Assembly (NCBI GenBank): GCA_942492955.1
Contig: OW818644.1
Coordinates: 1,439,541 to 1,503,540, forward strand
Direction: 5' to 3'
DNA: 64,000 bases
Origin: an uncultured Methanomassiliicoccales archaeon
GTDB lineage: Archaea > Thermoplasmatota > Thermoplasmata > Methanomassiliicoccales > UBA472
The position numbers were made by a program, and so were the translations under genes. Below, in pieces: positions 9,509 through 18,194 of this stretch (its first letter is position 1; each line of letters starts with the position of its first letter). The notes below the pieces were generated by a model. That model did no database searches and was not told where the DNA came from. It saw only the letters and a list, made by a program, of their open reading frames with translations.

Positions 9509-9937
9509 ATGGCGAGCCAAGAAAAGGTCACACTGGTGATATCCAGGGAGACACGGGACCGGATCCTCGCGGTCATGAAGACGCTTCACACAAGTGATAC
9601 AGAAAAATTCCTGAACGACCTTTTGGAAAACATCGAGACCAGTGGACGGAGGCGCAGGGAAGCGTCCTACGAGGTCGTGGAACGCATGTTCACAGCGACC
9701 TGCCCCATGAAGAAGCATAAGATCGTTGCGGATGAGGGCGAGAAGTGTGAGTATTGCGGGGAGATCCTGCTGGACCAAGGAACCGCGATCTGCACATATT
9801 GCGGTTCTCGGGAGATCCAATTCCTGGCGACGTGCCCGAGGCACAAGGGTGGCGCGGGCGTGGTGGACTGTTCGAAATGCGAGGGCGGCAAGGTCGACGA
9901 GAACAAGAAGATCGTCACTTGCCGGTTTCTTGAATGA
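9509..9937 (+). CDS. Hypothetical protein: RHH-like N-terminus plus Cys-rich (Zn-binding) C-terminus
   Basis: KVTLVISRETRDRI (beta strand then helices), then CEYCG, CTYCG, CPRH, CSKC. SD GAGG. Confidence 0.65.
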   Translation: MASQEKVTLVISRETRDRILAVMKTLHTSDTEKFLNDLLENIETSGRRRREASYEVVERMFTATCPMKKHKIVADEGEKCEYCGEILLDQGTAICTYCGSREIQFLATCPRHKGGAGVVDCSKCEGGKVDENKKIVTCRFLE

Positions 9938-9961
9938 TGAAAAGATCGGAACAAATTCGGG

Positions 9962-10474
9962 CTATTTGATCTCCTTGAACATCTCGCTAGGATTTCCGCA
10001 CACCGGGCAGGTCTTGGGTGGATCGTTGAAATGTATCTCTCCGCAGATCTGACAAACGGACAATCTCTGCGCTGGGAGGTCCCTCTTCTTGTTCAAAGAT
10101 TGTTCCGCCTCTTTGAAACTTAGTTCATGGTCCATCTCCACCCTCTTGGCGTAACTGAAACCGAGCGTGGCCTGGGATTTGCCCTCTTTCCTTGATTGCT
10201 CGACGAATTCGGAATACATCTTGCTGTGCTCATTGTTCTCTCGTTCGATCGAGAGCCTGAGGTTCTCCTTGGTGGTCAGAACTCCCCCATACCCTCTCAG
10301 ATGGTGCATGGCGTGGACCGTTTCTGATTCGGCCGCCGCCCTGAACAGCTTCGCGATCTGCCTGTGGCCTTCCTCATCCGCCGCTTCCGAATAAGCAAGG
10401 TATAACCGGCTGGTCTGCGCCTTCCCAGCGAAGGCCAACTTAAGATTGTCATCCGTGGTGACCAACGACGTCAT
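9962..10474 (-). CDS. rbr: Rubrerythrin family protein (first diiron Glu replaced by Lys)
   Basis: NLKLAFAG-K-AQ..LY...ADEEG..QIAKLFRAAA.SETVHA, second ExxH, and CQICG...CPVCG rubredoxin domain. Confidence 0.85.
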   Translation of the reverse strand: MTSLVTTDDNLKLAFAGKAQTSRLYLAYSEAADEEGHRQIAKLFRAAAESETVHAMHHLRGYGGVLTTKENLRLSIERENNEHSKMYSEFVEQSRKEGKSQATLGFSYAKRVEMDHELSFKEAEQSLNKKRDLPAQRLSVCQICGEIHFNDPPKTCPVCGNPSEMFKEIK

Positions 10475-10651
10475 CTCCGATTTTGTTAAATATCTACGTT
10501 CTAAACATATATAATGAAATCTGGAAAGAAATCAAAACATGAACTAATGAAATTCATATCCAGTTACTCAGATGAACGATGCAGGTAATTATCGGCAGAG
10601 AATGGCAGATACCAGAAAATTGTCAACGGTTAATAATAAAAATTGGAAGGT

Positions 10652-10667
10652 GCCGCCGATTGGCGGC
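10652..10667 (-). terminator. Putative terminator after ilvE
   Basis: GCCGCC-AATC-GGCGGC hairpin followed by a T-rich tract on the minus strand. Confidence 0.5.
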
Positions 10668-10674
10668 TATTGGT

Positions 10675-11601
10675 TTACTGAACGTAGTCCAGCCAGGCCT
10701 CGTACATCGGGTCCTTGCCGTTGACCGCGGCGCTGAACGCCTGTTGCAGGTCCTTGGTGACCGGTCCAGCCCTGCCCGAGCCGATGGAGATGTCGTCGAT
10801 GTAGCTGATCGGGGTGATCTCCGCCGCCGTTCCGCTCATGAAGACCTCGTCAGCCAGATAGAGCTCCGAGCGGGTCATCGATCTCTCGACGATGTCGTAC
10901 CCCTTGTTCTTGGCTATGATGGAGACGGAGTCCCTGGTTATTCCTTCCAGTATCCCGGCCGACAGCGGCGGGGTGTACAGCACTCCCTTCTTCACCATGA
11001 AGATGTTCTCCCCGGTCCCTTCGGCGACCTCTCCGTCGGAGTTGAGCATGAGCGCCTCGTCGAAGCCGCGGTGCACGGCCTCCAGCTTCGCGATGACCGA
11101 GTTGATGTAGTTGCCACAGATCTTGGCATTGAGCATGGCGGAACGATTTGTCGGCTTCTCCCAGGTCGATGTGATGATCTTGGCTCCGGACTCCAGCTGT
11201 TCCTTGCCCATGTATGCCCCCATATGGGTGCAGGCGATGGCGACCTTGGTCGGCATCTTGGTCGGGTTCAGTCCGATCTTGCCTTCGGGGTTCGCTCCGT
11301 AGTAGGCCAATGGCCTGAGGTAATCGTCATCAGGGTTGCTGGAGCGGACCACCGCCTTGGATGCCGCGCAGAGCTCGTCGATCGAGAACGGGATGTCCAG
11401 CCAGATGACCTTGGCCGAGTTGTAGAAGCGGACCATGTGGTCCTTCAGCCTGAATATTGCCTTGCCCTTGCTGGTATTGTAGACGCGGATGCCTTCGAAC
11501 ACCCCGCCGCCGTAATGCAAGCCGTGCGTCAATATGTGCACGTTTGCGTCCTGCCAGTTCACCAGCTTGCCATCCATCCATATCTTTGAATTATTTGTCA
11601 T
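10675..11601 (-). CDS. ilvE: Branched-chain amino acid aminotransferase
   Basis: LTHGLHYGGGVFEGIR.Y, AKICGNY (PLP Lys), EGTGENIF, ILEGITR, GTAAE. Confidence 0.96.
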   Translation of the reverse strand: MTNNSKIWMDGKLVNWQDANVHILTHGLHYGGGVFEGIRVYNTSKGKAIFRLKDHMVRFYNSAKVIWLDIPFSIDELCAASKAVVRSSNPDDDYLRPLAYYGANPEGKIGLNPTKMPTKVAIACTHMGAYMGKEQLESGAKIITSTWEKPTNRSAMLNAKICGNYINSVIAKLEAVHRGFDEALMLNSDGEVAEGTGENIFMVKKGVLYTPPLSAGILEGITRDSVSIIAKNKGYDIVERSMTRSELYLADEVFMSGTAAEITPISYIDDISIGSGRAGPVTKDLQQAFSAAVNGKDPMYEAWLDYVQ

Positions 11602-11649
11602 GTGAATCCTTCCTTGGTGTGAAATCGTATTTGGTTTGACGCGGTCTGA

Positions 11650-12012
11650 TCAGATCGCGTTGACCGCTTTGATATATTTGTCCGGTCTGCCGTTGTCGAT
11701 CAGCGAGTCTACCTCTTCGATGCTGCCGATCAGCCTTACCTTTCCAGAGGAGTTGCTCGCCAATGCGTATGATTCCTGCCTGGTCTCGTCGACCAGCTCA
11801 CACTGGATGATGTCATGAAGGCGGGTCAGTGCCTCAACCGATCTCTCGGCCTGGACCTTGTCTATGATGGTAAGCACAACGCGTGCCTTTCCCGGTATCT
11901 CGCACTTACCTACCACGATGGTTTCGACGTTGATCTTCCTCCGGGTGAACTCCTGGAGTATTCGCTGCATCACGCCGAACTCGTCGTTGACGACCATTGA
12001 TATTACCTGCAT
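11650..12012 (-). CDS. ACT-domain protein resembling acetolactate synthase small subunit (IlvH/IlvN-like)
   Basis: ISMVVNDEFGVMQRI.QEFTRRKINVETI.VG..E.PG.AR matches the AHAS regulatory ACT pattern. SD GGAGTGAG. Confidence 0.7.
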   Translation of the reverse strand: MQVISMVVNDEFGVMQRILQEFTRRKINVETIVVGKCEIPGKARVVLTIIDKVQAERSVEALTRLHDIIQCELVDETRQESYALASNSSGKVRLIGSIEEVDSLIDNGRPDKYIKAVNAI

Positions 12013-12273
12013 TTACTCACTCCTTCCCTTCTTCTTCGAACTGGATGTCGTAGATGAAATTTCGTAGTTGCGCACGGAATGGTTCTTCTTGATGGGATGG
12101 TAGTAGCCCTCGTCGCTTTTCCCGTTATCCGACCCTTTGGGATACTTCGGGGTCGATAGCCAGGACATCGAGAACTGCCCGTCGTCATCGTTCATTACGT
12201 GCTTCGGCTTCTTCCTTTCGCCCCCTGCGACCATGCCGGAGACGAAGAACTTGAGCATGATTTTTGATACCAT
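12013..12273 (-). CDS. Hypothetical 86-aa hydrophilic protein (start 12273 or 12258)
   Basis: Stop abuts the next ATG (TAAATG) and codon usage looks host-like. No recognisable family. Confidence 0.55.
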   Translation of the reverse strand: MVSKIMLKFFVSGMVAGGERKKPKHVMNDDDGQFSMSWLSTPKYPKGSDNGKSDEGYYHPIKKNHSVRNYEISSTTSSSKKKGRSE

Positions 12274-12298
12274 AAGCTGTACCTTCTAAGCGATCATT

Positions 12299-12328
12299 AG
12301 GGACCGACCCTCGGAGAGAGTCTCCCCT
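12299..12328 (-). promoter_or_regulatory. GC-rich hairpin immediately after the leader stop codon
   Basis: AGGGG-A-GACUCUC-UCC-GAGGGUC-GG-UCCCU. Confidence 0.6.
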
Positions 12329-12329
12329 T

Positions 12330-12395
12330 TCAGATACCCAATACCTGCTGCTCGACCACTACGATAAGTACTGGAGTCTGAGCAACGCTGAGCAT
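12330..12395 (-). CDS. Putative BCAA-sensing leader peptide MLSVAQTPVLIVVVEQQVLGI (21 aa)
   Basis: 11 of 21 codons are Val/Leu/Ile, including a VLIVVV run. TATA-like TTAAATATA starts 30 nt upstream of the ATG. Lies ahead of the ACT-ilvE operon. Confidence 0.7.
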   Translation of the reverse strand: MLSVAQTPVLIVVVEQQVLGI

Positions 12396-12421
12396 CGTCG
12401 ATTGAATTGTAAGGAATATAT

Positions 12422-13222
12422 TTAACGTTTCTCATCGAGGAGCTCTTCACACAGGGGGATAGGTTCGCGATATTCCCCCTCTTTAATGATCCGCTTCAGG
12501 AAGGAGCGCGTTCTTTCGTTCTTCGGGTTGGTGAAGATGTTCTCCGGGGTGCCTTCCTCGGCGATCACGCCCTGGTCCATGAAGATGACCCGATCGGCCA
12601 CCTCCCTGGCGAAGCCCATTTCATGCGTTACGACCACCATCGTCATTCCGGTGTTGAGCGCCAGGTCCTTCATGACATCCAGCACCTCACCGATGAGTTC
12701 CGGGTCGAGGGCCGATGTCGGCTCATCGAACAATATGACCTTCGGATTCATGGCGATGCACCGCGCGATGGCGACGCGTTGTTGCTGTCCCCCTGAGAGC
12801 TGACCTGGATAGGCATCCGCCTTCTCATCCAACCCAACCTTTATTAGAGCTTCAATGGCGACCTGGTCAGCCTCCTCCTTGCCCATCTTCTTCACCTTGA
12901 TCAGAGGCAGGGAAACGTTGCGCCTGGCCGTCAGGTGCATGAAGAGGTTGAAGCTCTGGAAGACCATGTTCATCTGGGTTCTGACCAGGTTGATGTCGAT
13001 GTCCTTTGCGGTGATGTCATAGCCCTCGAACAGCACCTTTCCGCTGGTCGGTTCGTTCAACAGGTTCAGGCAACGCAGCAATGTGCTCTTGCCGCTCCCG
13101 CTGGGCCCGATGATGACCACGACCTCGTTCGCCAATATCTTGAGGGAGATGCCAGAGAGAACCTCGTGATCGTTGAAGGACTTCCTCAGGTCGACCGTTT
13201 CGATTATCGGGGTCGTCATCAT
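12422..13222 (-). CDS. Polar amino acid ABC transporter ATP-binding subunit (GlnQ-like)
   Basis: [43 protein letters not shown]. Confidence 0.93.
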   Translation of the reverse strand: MMTTPIIETVDLRKSFNDHEVLSGISLKILANEVVVIIGPSGSGKSTLLRCLNLLNEPTSGKVLFEGYDITAKDIDINLVRTQMNMVFQSFNLFMHLTARRNVSLPLIKVKKMGKEEADQVAIEALIKVGLDEKADAYPGQLSGGQQQRVAIARCIAMNPKVILFDEPTSALDPELIGEVLDVMKDLALNTGMTMVVVTHEMGFAREVADRVIFMDQGVIAEEGTPENIFTNPKNERTRSFLKRIIKEGEYREPIPLCEELLDEKR

Positions 13223-13893
13223 TCACTCCCCATCATACCTGGAATGGCGTACTTGCGTTCCACAAACCTCAGGATGCGGCCAGTGGAGAATGTTATGATG
13301 AAATACATCACCGCTATGAAAATTAGGATCACGAATTGCTGGAAGGTCTCTGACATGACGATCCTTGCAGCAAGGAGCAGCTCGACCACTCCGATGATGG
13401 ACACCAGGGATGAATCCTTGATCATCGTGATGAATTCGTTTGTATAGGCTGGAAGGGAGTTCCTTAGCCCCTGTGGTATGACGATCTGGAACATTGACTG
13501 GTTATATGTCATTCCCAAGGAACGGGCGGCTTCCATCTGTCCTTTCGGGATCGACTGGACGCCGCCCCGGAATATCTCAGCTTGATAGGCTCCGGTGTTC
13601 ATCGACAGCGCGATAAGCCCGGCGGTGAGCGCGTCTAGATATATCCCGAACGATGGAAGCCCAAGGTACACCATGAATATCTGGACCAGTAACGGTGTTC
13701 CCCTGAACGCCTCAATGTATGCGGTCGCCAGACCGTAAATGATCCGGTTCCTGGATATCTTCGCAAGACCGATCAATATGCCGAGGATGAAACCAAAGAA
13801 TATGGTTAGCGCAGATACGATGAGCGTCCACTGAAGCCCAGTCATCAGATAAGCGAAGTGTGATGGGATGACGGACCAATCGAGGTTAATCAT
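13219..13893 (-). CDS. Polar amino acid ABC transporter permease (GlnP/HisM-like)
   Basis: [41 protein letters not shown]. Confidence 0.93.
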   Translation of the reverse strand: MINLDWSVIPSHFAYLMTGLQWTLIVSALTIFFGFILGILIGLAKISRNRIIYGLATAYIEAFRGTPLLVQIFMVYLGLPSFGIYLDALTAGLIALSMNTGAYQAEIFRGGVQSIPKGQMEAARSLGMTYNQSMFQIVIPQGLRNSLPAYTNEFITMIKDSSLVSIIGVVELLLAARIVMSETFQQFVILIFIAVMYFIITFSTGRILRFVERKYAIPGMMGSE

Positions 13894-13974
13894 ACAGAGA
13901 CGTCCTTCCGGTCAACGCGGAGTATATATTTTAGTTTATTATTGGAAAGAAAGAGGTTTGGGAAGTGATTTCGA

Positions 13975-14832
13975 TTACAGCCACTTCTGTAGGAGGGCTT
14001 CCATCGATCCGTCCGCCTTCATGTCATTGATGACCTTGTTGATGGCGTCGCGGAGGTCGTTCTGGTTCTGCTGGATGCAGATGCCGTACTGCTCGTTGGT
14101 CTGAATAACGAACGCTACCTTCAGATCGAAATCGGCGGTGTTGGCAGCATACCTGTTCGCCACTGGAGTATCAACGATGAACACGTCCTGCTGTCCGTTC
14201 TGGACCATCTGCACAGCTGCGGCGACGTCAGAGAGGTCAGTGTATTGAGATTCCTGTATCCTTCCGGTATCGACCAGGTTCTCCTTTGCCCATATCGCTC
14301 CGGTCGTCCCGAGTTGAGCGACGATCTTGGTGTTGTTGAGACCATCGAGGTTGGTGATGGTGCTGTCGTCCTTCACCAGCACCGCCTGGTTGGCGATGTA
14401 GTACGGGGTGGTGAAGTTGACCGTCTTCTCACGCAATGCGGTGATCGTGATCGACGAAATCGCACAATCGATCTGGCCGGACTGGACTGCCCCGAAGAGC
14501 GGATCGAAGTCCATCGGGACGATCTTGAGCGTCACGTTCAGGGCGGTTGCGATCTTCTGGGCGATCTCCATGTCGATGCCCTCATAGTTACCTGATGTCG
14601 AGTTGTAGAACTCGAACGGTGGGTACGGCACTTGAGTACCGATGCGTATCTCGCCGTTCTTCTTGACCTTGTCAAGCACATTTGTGGTGCCGTTCAGGAA
14701 TCCACCCATCACGACTACCGCGACGAGCGCCACAACGATGACGATGGCGACAACCGCGATCAGCCAAGGTTTGATCCCGGCCTTCTTCTTTAGCGACTCA
14801 GGCGGAGCTGAGCTCGGAGTTGATTCGGACAT
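13975..14832 (-). CDS. Polar amino acid ABC transporter substrate-binding protein (family 3)
   Basis: TM anchor, then YPPFEF, GIDMEIA, FD.LFGAVQSGQID, ITITA.R, FTTPYY. Start moved to MSESTP. Confidence 0.92.
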   Translation of the reverse strand: MSESTPSSAPPESLKKKAGIKPWLIAVVAIVIVVALVAVVVMGGFLNGTTNVLDKVKKNGEIRIGTQVPYPPFEFYNSTSGNYEGIDMEIAQKIATALNVTLKIVPMDFDPLFGAVQSGQIDCAISSITITALREKTVNFTTPYYIANQAVLVKDDSTITNLDGLNNTKIVAQLGTTGAIWAKENLVDTGRIQESQYTDLSDVAAAVQMVQNGQQDVFIVDTPVANRYAANTADFDLKVAFVIQTNEQYGICIQQNQNDLRDAINKVINDMKADGSMEALLQKWL

Positions 14833-15053
14833 ATCCCCGCGGATTGTTATTATCAAATTTAAAAGTACGTCCGACAAGAAGTACTGGACAGTGTCATATA
14901 TTGGACACTTATTTGCATTAATCGTTTTTTTGATAATGTTATTCATGAGTCATTTAAGTATTGTTTTCCATAAACCGTAGAAACATGGGAAATTCACCGA
15001 AAACGACAGATGAGGGCAAGTGGAAATATACCAAAAAGAATACCGAGGAGGTT

Positions 15054-16079
15054 ATGACAGAGAAGGTGCTCATAAGGAGCAAGGCGCCGTTGAGGATAAG
15101 CTTCGCCGGGGGAGGGACCGATGTCTCCCCTTATAGCGATGAGCGGGGCGGCATAGTCCTCAGTACGACCATTGACAAGTATGCATACTGCACCATCTCA
15201 CCTCGCGATGATAGCGAGATCACCATCAAATCCCTGGATTTCGGGAAGACCGAGAAATGGCGGGCTGACGGTAACCTGATGCGCTACGACGGCAACCTGG
15301 ACATCATCAAGGCTGTTCTGAAGCACTTCGATGTGAAGCAGGGTTTCGATATGTTCCTCCATTGCGAGGCGCCACCAGGCTCGGGGCTGGGAGGTTCATC
15401 CACGGTCATCGTCTCCATCATAGGGGCGATCGCGGAGTGGCTCGGCATACCGCTCTCTCAGTATGAGGTCGCCAGGCTCGCCTATGTGCTCGAACGCGAA
15501 GAGCTCGGATTTCAGGGAGGGCGGCAGGACCAATATGCAGCCGTGTTCGGCGGGTTCAATTACATGGAGTTCAAGGGAACAGATGTCATCGTAACCCCTT
15601 TGCGCATAAAGAACGACATCCTGAACGAGCTCCATTACAACCTTCTGTTATGCTACACCGGCAAGACCCGTGATTCTGGCAACATCATCCAGGAACAGAA
15701 GAAGGGGTATACCCAGGGCAAGGTGCCGGTCATCACGGCTCTGGATAACGCGAAGCGTCTGGCCACCGAGACGAAGGATGCATTGATGAAAGGCGAGATC
15801 CGACGCATTGGGGAGCTTCTGAACGAATCATGGCAGTTCAAGAAGCGTTTCACGGAATCCATTTCCAACGACTACATCGACAAGATCTACAGCACCGCTG
15901 TGGCCAATGGAGCCATCGGAGGCAAGATCTCCGGAGCGGGAGGCGGCGGGTTCATGTTCTTCATATGCGAGTACGACAAGAAGCACATAGTGGCGAACGA
16001 ACTACAGCAGATGGGAGTTGAGATCGTTCCGTTCAACTTTGACAAATATGGTCTGCAGACATGGAGGTACCGGACTTGA
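15054..16079 (+). CDS. hddA: GHMP kinase, D-glycero-alpha-D-manno-heptose 7-phosphate kinase-like
   Basis: SKAPLRISFAGGGTD, PPGSGLGGSS, GGRQDQYAA.FGGFN, GKISGAGGGGF. SD GAGGAGGT. Confidence 0.85.
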   Translation: MTEKVLIRSKAPLRISFAGGGTDVSPYSDERGGIVLSTTIDKYAYCTISPRDDSEITIKSLDFGKTEKWRADGNLMRYDGNLDIIKAVLKHFDVKQGFDMFLHCEAPPGSGLGGSSTVIVSIIGAIAEWLGIPLSQYEVARLAYVLEREELGFQGGRQDQYAAVFGGFNYMEFKGTDVIVTPLRIKNDILNELHYNLLLCYTGKTRDSGNIIQEQKKGYTQGKVPVITALDNAKRLATETKDALMKGEIRRIGELLNESWQFKKRFTESISNDYIDKIYSTAVANGAIGGKISGAGGGGFMFFICEYDKKHIVANELQQMGVEIVPFNFDKYGLQTWRYRT

Positions 16080-17113
16080 GCGGACTGGTCGGTATGGAGC
16101 TGGTGGAGAGCTCCAAGACCATCGCCTCCATCGACCCCAAACAGATTTGGGATATATCCAACGCACTGGTCAAGGTATTCCGGTCAGGCGGGAAGCTCAT
16201 TGTCTTCGGCAACGGGGGGAGCGCCGCGGACGCGCAGCATCTGGCGGCGGAGTTCTCCGGGCGCTATCTGATGGAAAGGGCGCCGATGAACGCCATCGCG
16301 CTGACAAATCTTTCCAGCATCACCGCGATCGGTAACGATTACAGCTATGACATGATCTTCGAGAGACAGGTCGAGGCTCATGCGAACAAGAATGACGCGG
16401 TCATCGGCATCAGCACCAGCGGCAACTCCAAGAATGTGCTGCTGGCGATCGCCATGGCCAAGAAGATTGGCGCGCTGACCATCGGGTTCACCGGGACCAA
16501 GGGCAGGCTGAAGGATGAGGTCGACCTCGCGCTGACCATCCCGTCGGAGAAGACGCCACGGATCCAGGAGGGATATTTCGCCGCCGGCCACATCATTTGC
16601 GGACTGGTGGAAAAAGGAGTTTACGCCAGAAGGGCGGTCTTCGTCGACCGGGATGACACCGTGGCCAAGGACGTTCCCTATTGCAGCAGGCCTGAGGATC
16701 TGAAGTTGTTCCCAGGCGTCGGTAGATCGATCAAAAGGCTCAATGAAGCCGGATACCTGGTCATCATGGTGACAAACCAATCAGGCGTGGCGCGCGGCCT
16801 TTTCACGTTGGACACCCTGGGCAAGATCCATGAGAAGCTGAGGGCGGACATCGCCCTGGACGGCGGGAAGCTCGATGCCATATACTTCTGTCCGCACCAT
16901 CCGGATGAGAAGTGCGCATGCCGCAAGCCGCAATTGGGCCTCATCCACCAAGCAACGAAGGACTTCGACATCGACATCGCCGGATCGTTCGTCATCGGAG
17001 ACAGCGAGCACGACGTGGAGATGGGCAGGAGAGCCGGCTGCAAGACCTTCCGGGTCGTGAGCGAACAGGACTTCAACCAGGCCGTGGACAAGATACTGGG
17101 CTCTTCAGATTGA
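16061..17113 (+). CDS. gmhAB: Fused phosphoheptose isomerase (GmhA) and heptose bisphosphate phosphatase (GmhB)
   Basis: GNGGSAADAQH.AAE, GNDY, STSGNS.N, RIQE, then DRDDT, TNQSG, CPHHP...C.CRKP, IGD...D. Confidence 0.9.
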   Translation: MEVPDLSGLVGMELVESSKTIASIDPKQIWDISNALVKVFRSGGKLIVFGNGGSAADAQHLAAEFSGRYLMERAPMNAIALTNLSSITAIGNDYSYDMIFERQVEAHANKNDAVIGISTSGNSKNVLLAIAMAKKIGALTIGFTGTKGRLKDEVDLALTIPSEKTPRIQEGYFAAGHIICGLVEKGVYARRAVFVDRDDTVAKDVPYCSRPEDLKLFPGVGRSIKRLNEAGYLVIMVTNQSGVARGLFTLDTLGKIHEKLRADIALDGGKLDAIYFCPHHPDEKCACRKPQLGLIHQATKDFDIDIAGSFVIGDSEHDVEMGRRAGCKTFRVVSEQDFNQAVDKILGSSD

Positions 17114-17120
17114 GGGCATA

Positions 17121-18005
17121 TCAGGGATCGACGTTCTTGGTCGACTCCACCATGCTCCACATGACCTTGTCGCCCTTATCCAGCTTGACGTAGACGCTGG
17201 CATAGGCTCGGGCAAGCATCTCCATTACCATCGCGACAGTCATTCTCACTATCTGCGAGGAATTGTCCTTCAAGAAGCCCAGGTACGCCTGGAACAGATA
17301 TCGGTTGTCCCATGTCGGGATGTCGAAATCGAAGAGCCGCTTCATGTAGCGCTCCCCGATGTTGACCCTGGTGCGTTGCTTCCAATAGTCGCCTACGGTC
17401 TCTGGACCTTTGTTAATGACGACCGCCTCCGGTTCATATTCGGTCCGGAAGCCCCGTTTCTCCAGGTCCATTCGCACCAGGTCCTCGTCCGACTGCATGC
17501 CGGCAGGGATCTGGATATGGAGATTGCGGAAAGCGATGGCCTCGCCGACCTTTGGATATATCAAGGAAAGCCGGTGGTGCATGTCCCAAAGCATGTGGAC
17601 CGCGAACCCGGCGAGGGTGTCCTTTCGATTCACTGGCATCGGCCTGCCGCCGACCACGCCCACCTTCGGATCTGCGAAATGTGAGACCAAACGATCGAGG
17701 GCGCCTTCAGCAAGGTTGTTGTCCGCGTTGACCAGGACAAGGATGTCGCCTTTCGCGCTGGCCATGAACGCATTGACCGCCGAGTTCTTGCCCTCGCGCT
17801 TTTCCTGCCTCAGGAGATGGACGCGGCCGTCTCTCGATCCATACTCTAGGACGATGCTGTCGGTCCGATCGGTGCTTCCGCTGGAGACCACGATTATCTC
17901 TCCCACGGAACCACCTTGGATGCGCTGGACCAGGATCGAATCGAGGGTGTGGCGTATGTTCCTCTCCTCATTATAGGCGCACACACCAATGGATACTGAT
18001 GGCAT
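17121..18005 (-). CDS. Glycosyltransferase family 2
   Basis: SIGVCAYNEE.NI, SGSTD.T, REGK, NAD, SDE motifs. Confidence 0.85.
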   Translation of the reverse strand: MPSVSIGVCAYNEERNIRHTLDSILVQRIQGGSVGEIIVVSSGSTDRTDSIVLEYGSRDGRVHLLRQEKREGKNSAVNAFMASAKGDILVLVNADNNLAEGALDRLVSHFADPKVGVVGGRPMPVNRKDTLAGFAVHMLWDMHHRLSLIYPKVGEAIAFRNLHIQIPAGMQSDEDLVRMDLEKRGFRTEYEPEAVVINKGPETVGDYWKQRTRVNIGERYMKRLFDFDIPTWDNRYLFQAYLGFLKDNSSQIVRMTVAMVMEMLARAYASVYVKLDKGDKVMWSMVESTKNVDP

Positions 18006-18194
18006 CTCCCAGTGATAGTTAAAGTCAATATTTTAATCTGCTTGGGGATGAACCTTGTTCTACCCGAGGGAGATCGGATCTGCTGCTGGATGACATAAGT
18101 GGATTCAAATAAGTGATGGTGGAATGGGATTAATGTTCAGATATCACTGAACGACAATTATTAAGTACACAAAGTAATTTCTGAGGGGGATGCA

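Noticed and set aside
10579-11589. 336-aa plus-strand ORF
   Set aside because: Antisense shadow of ilvE, expected from high-GC codon bias.
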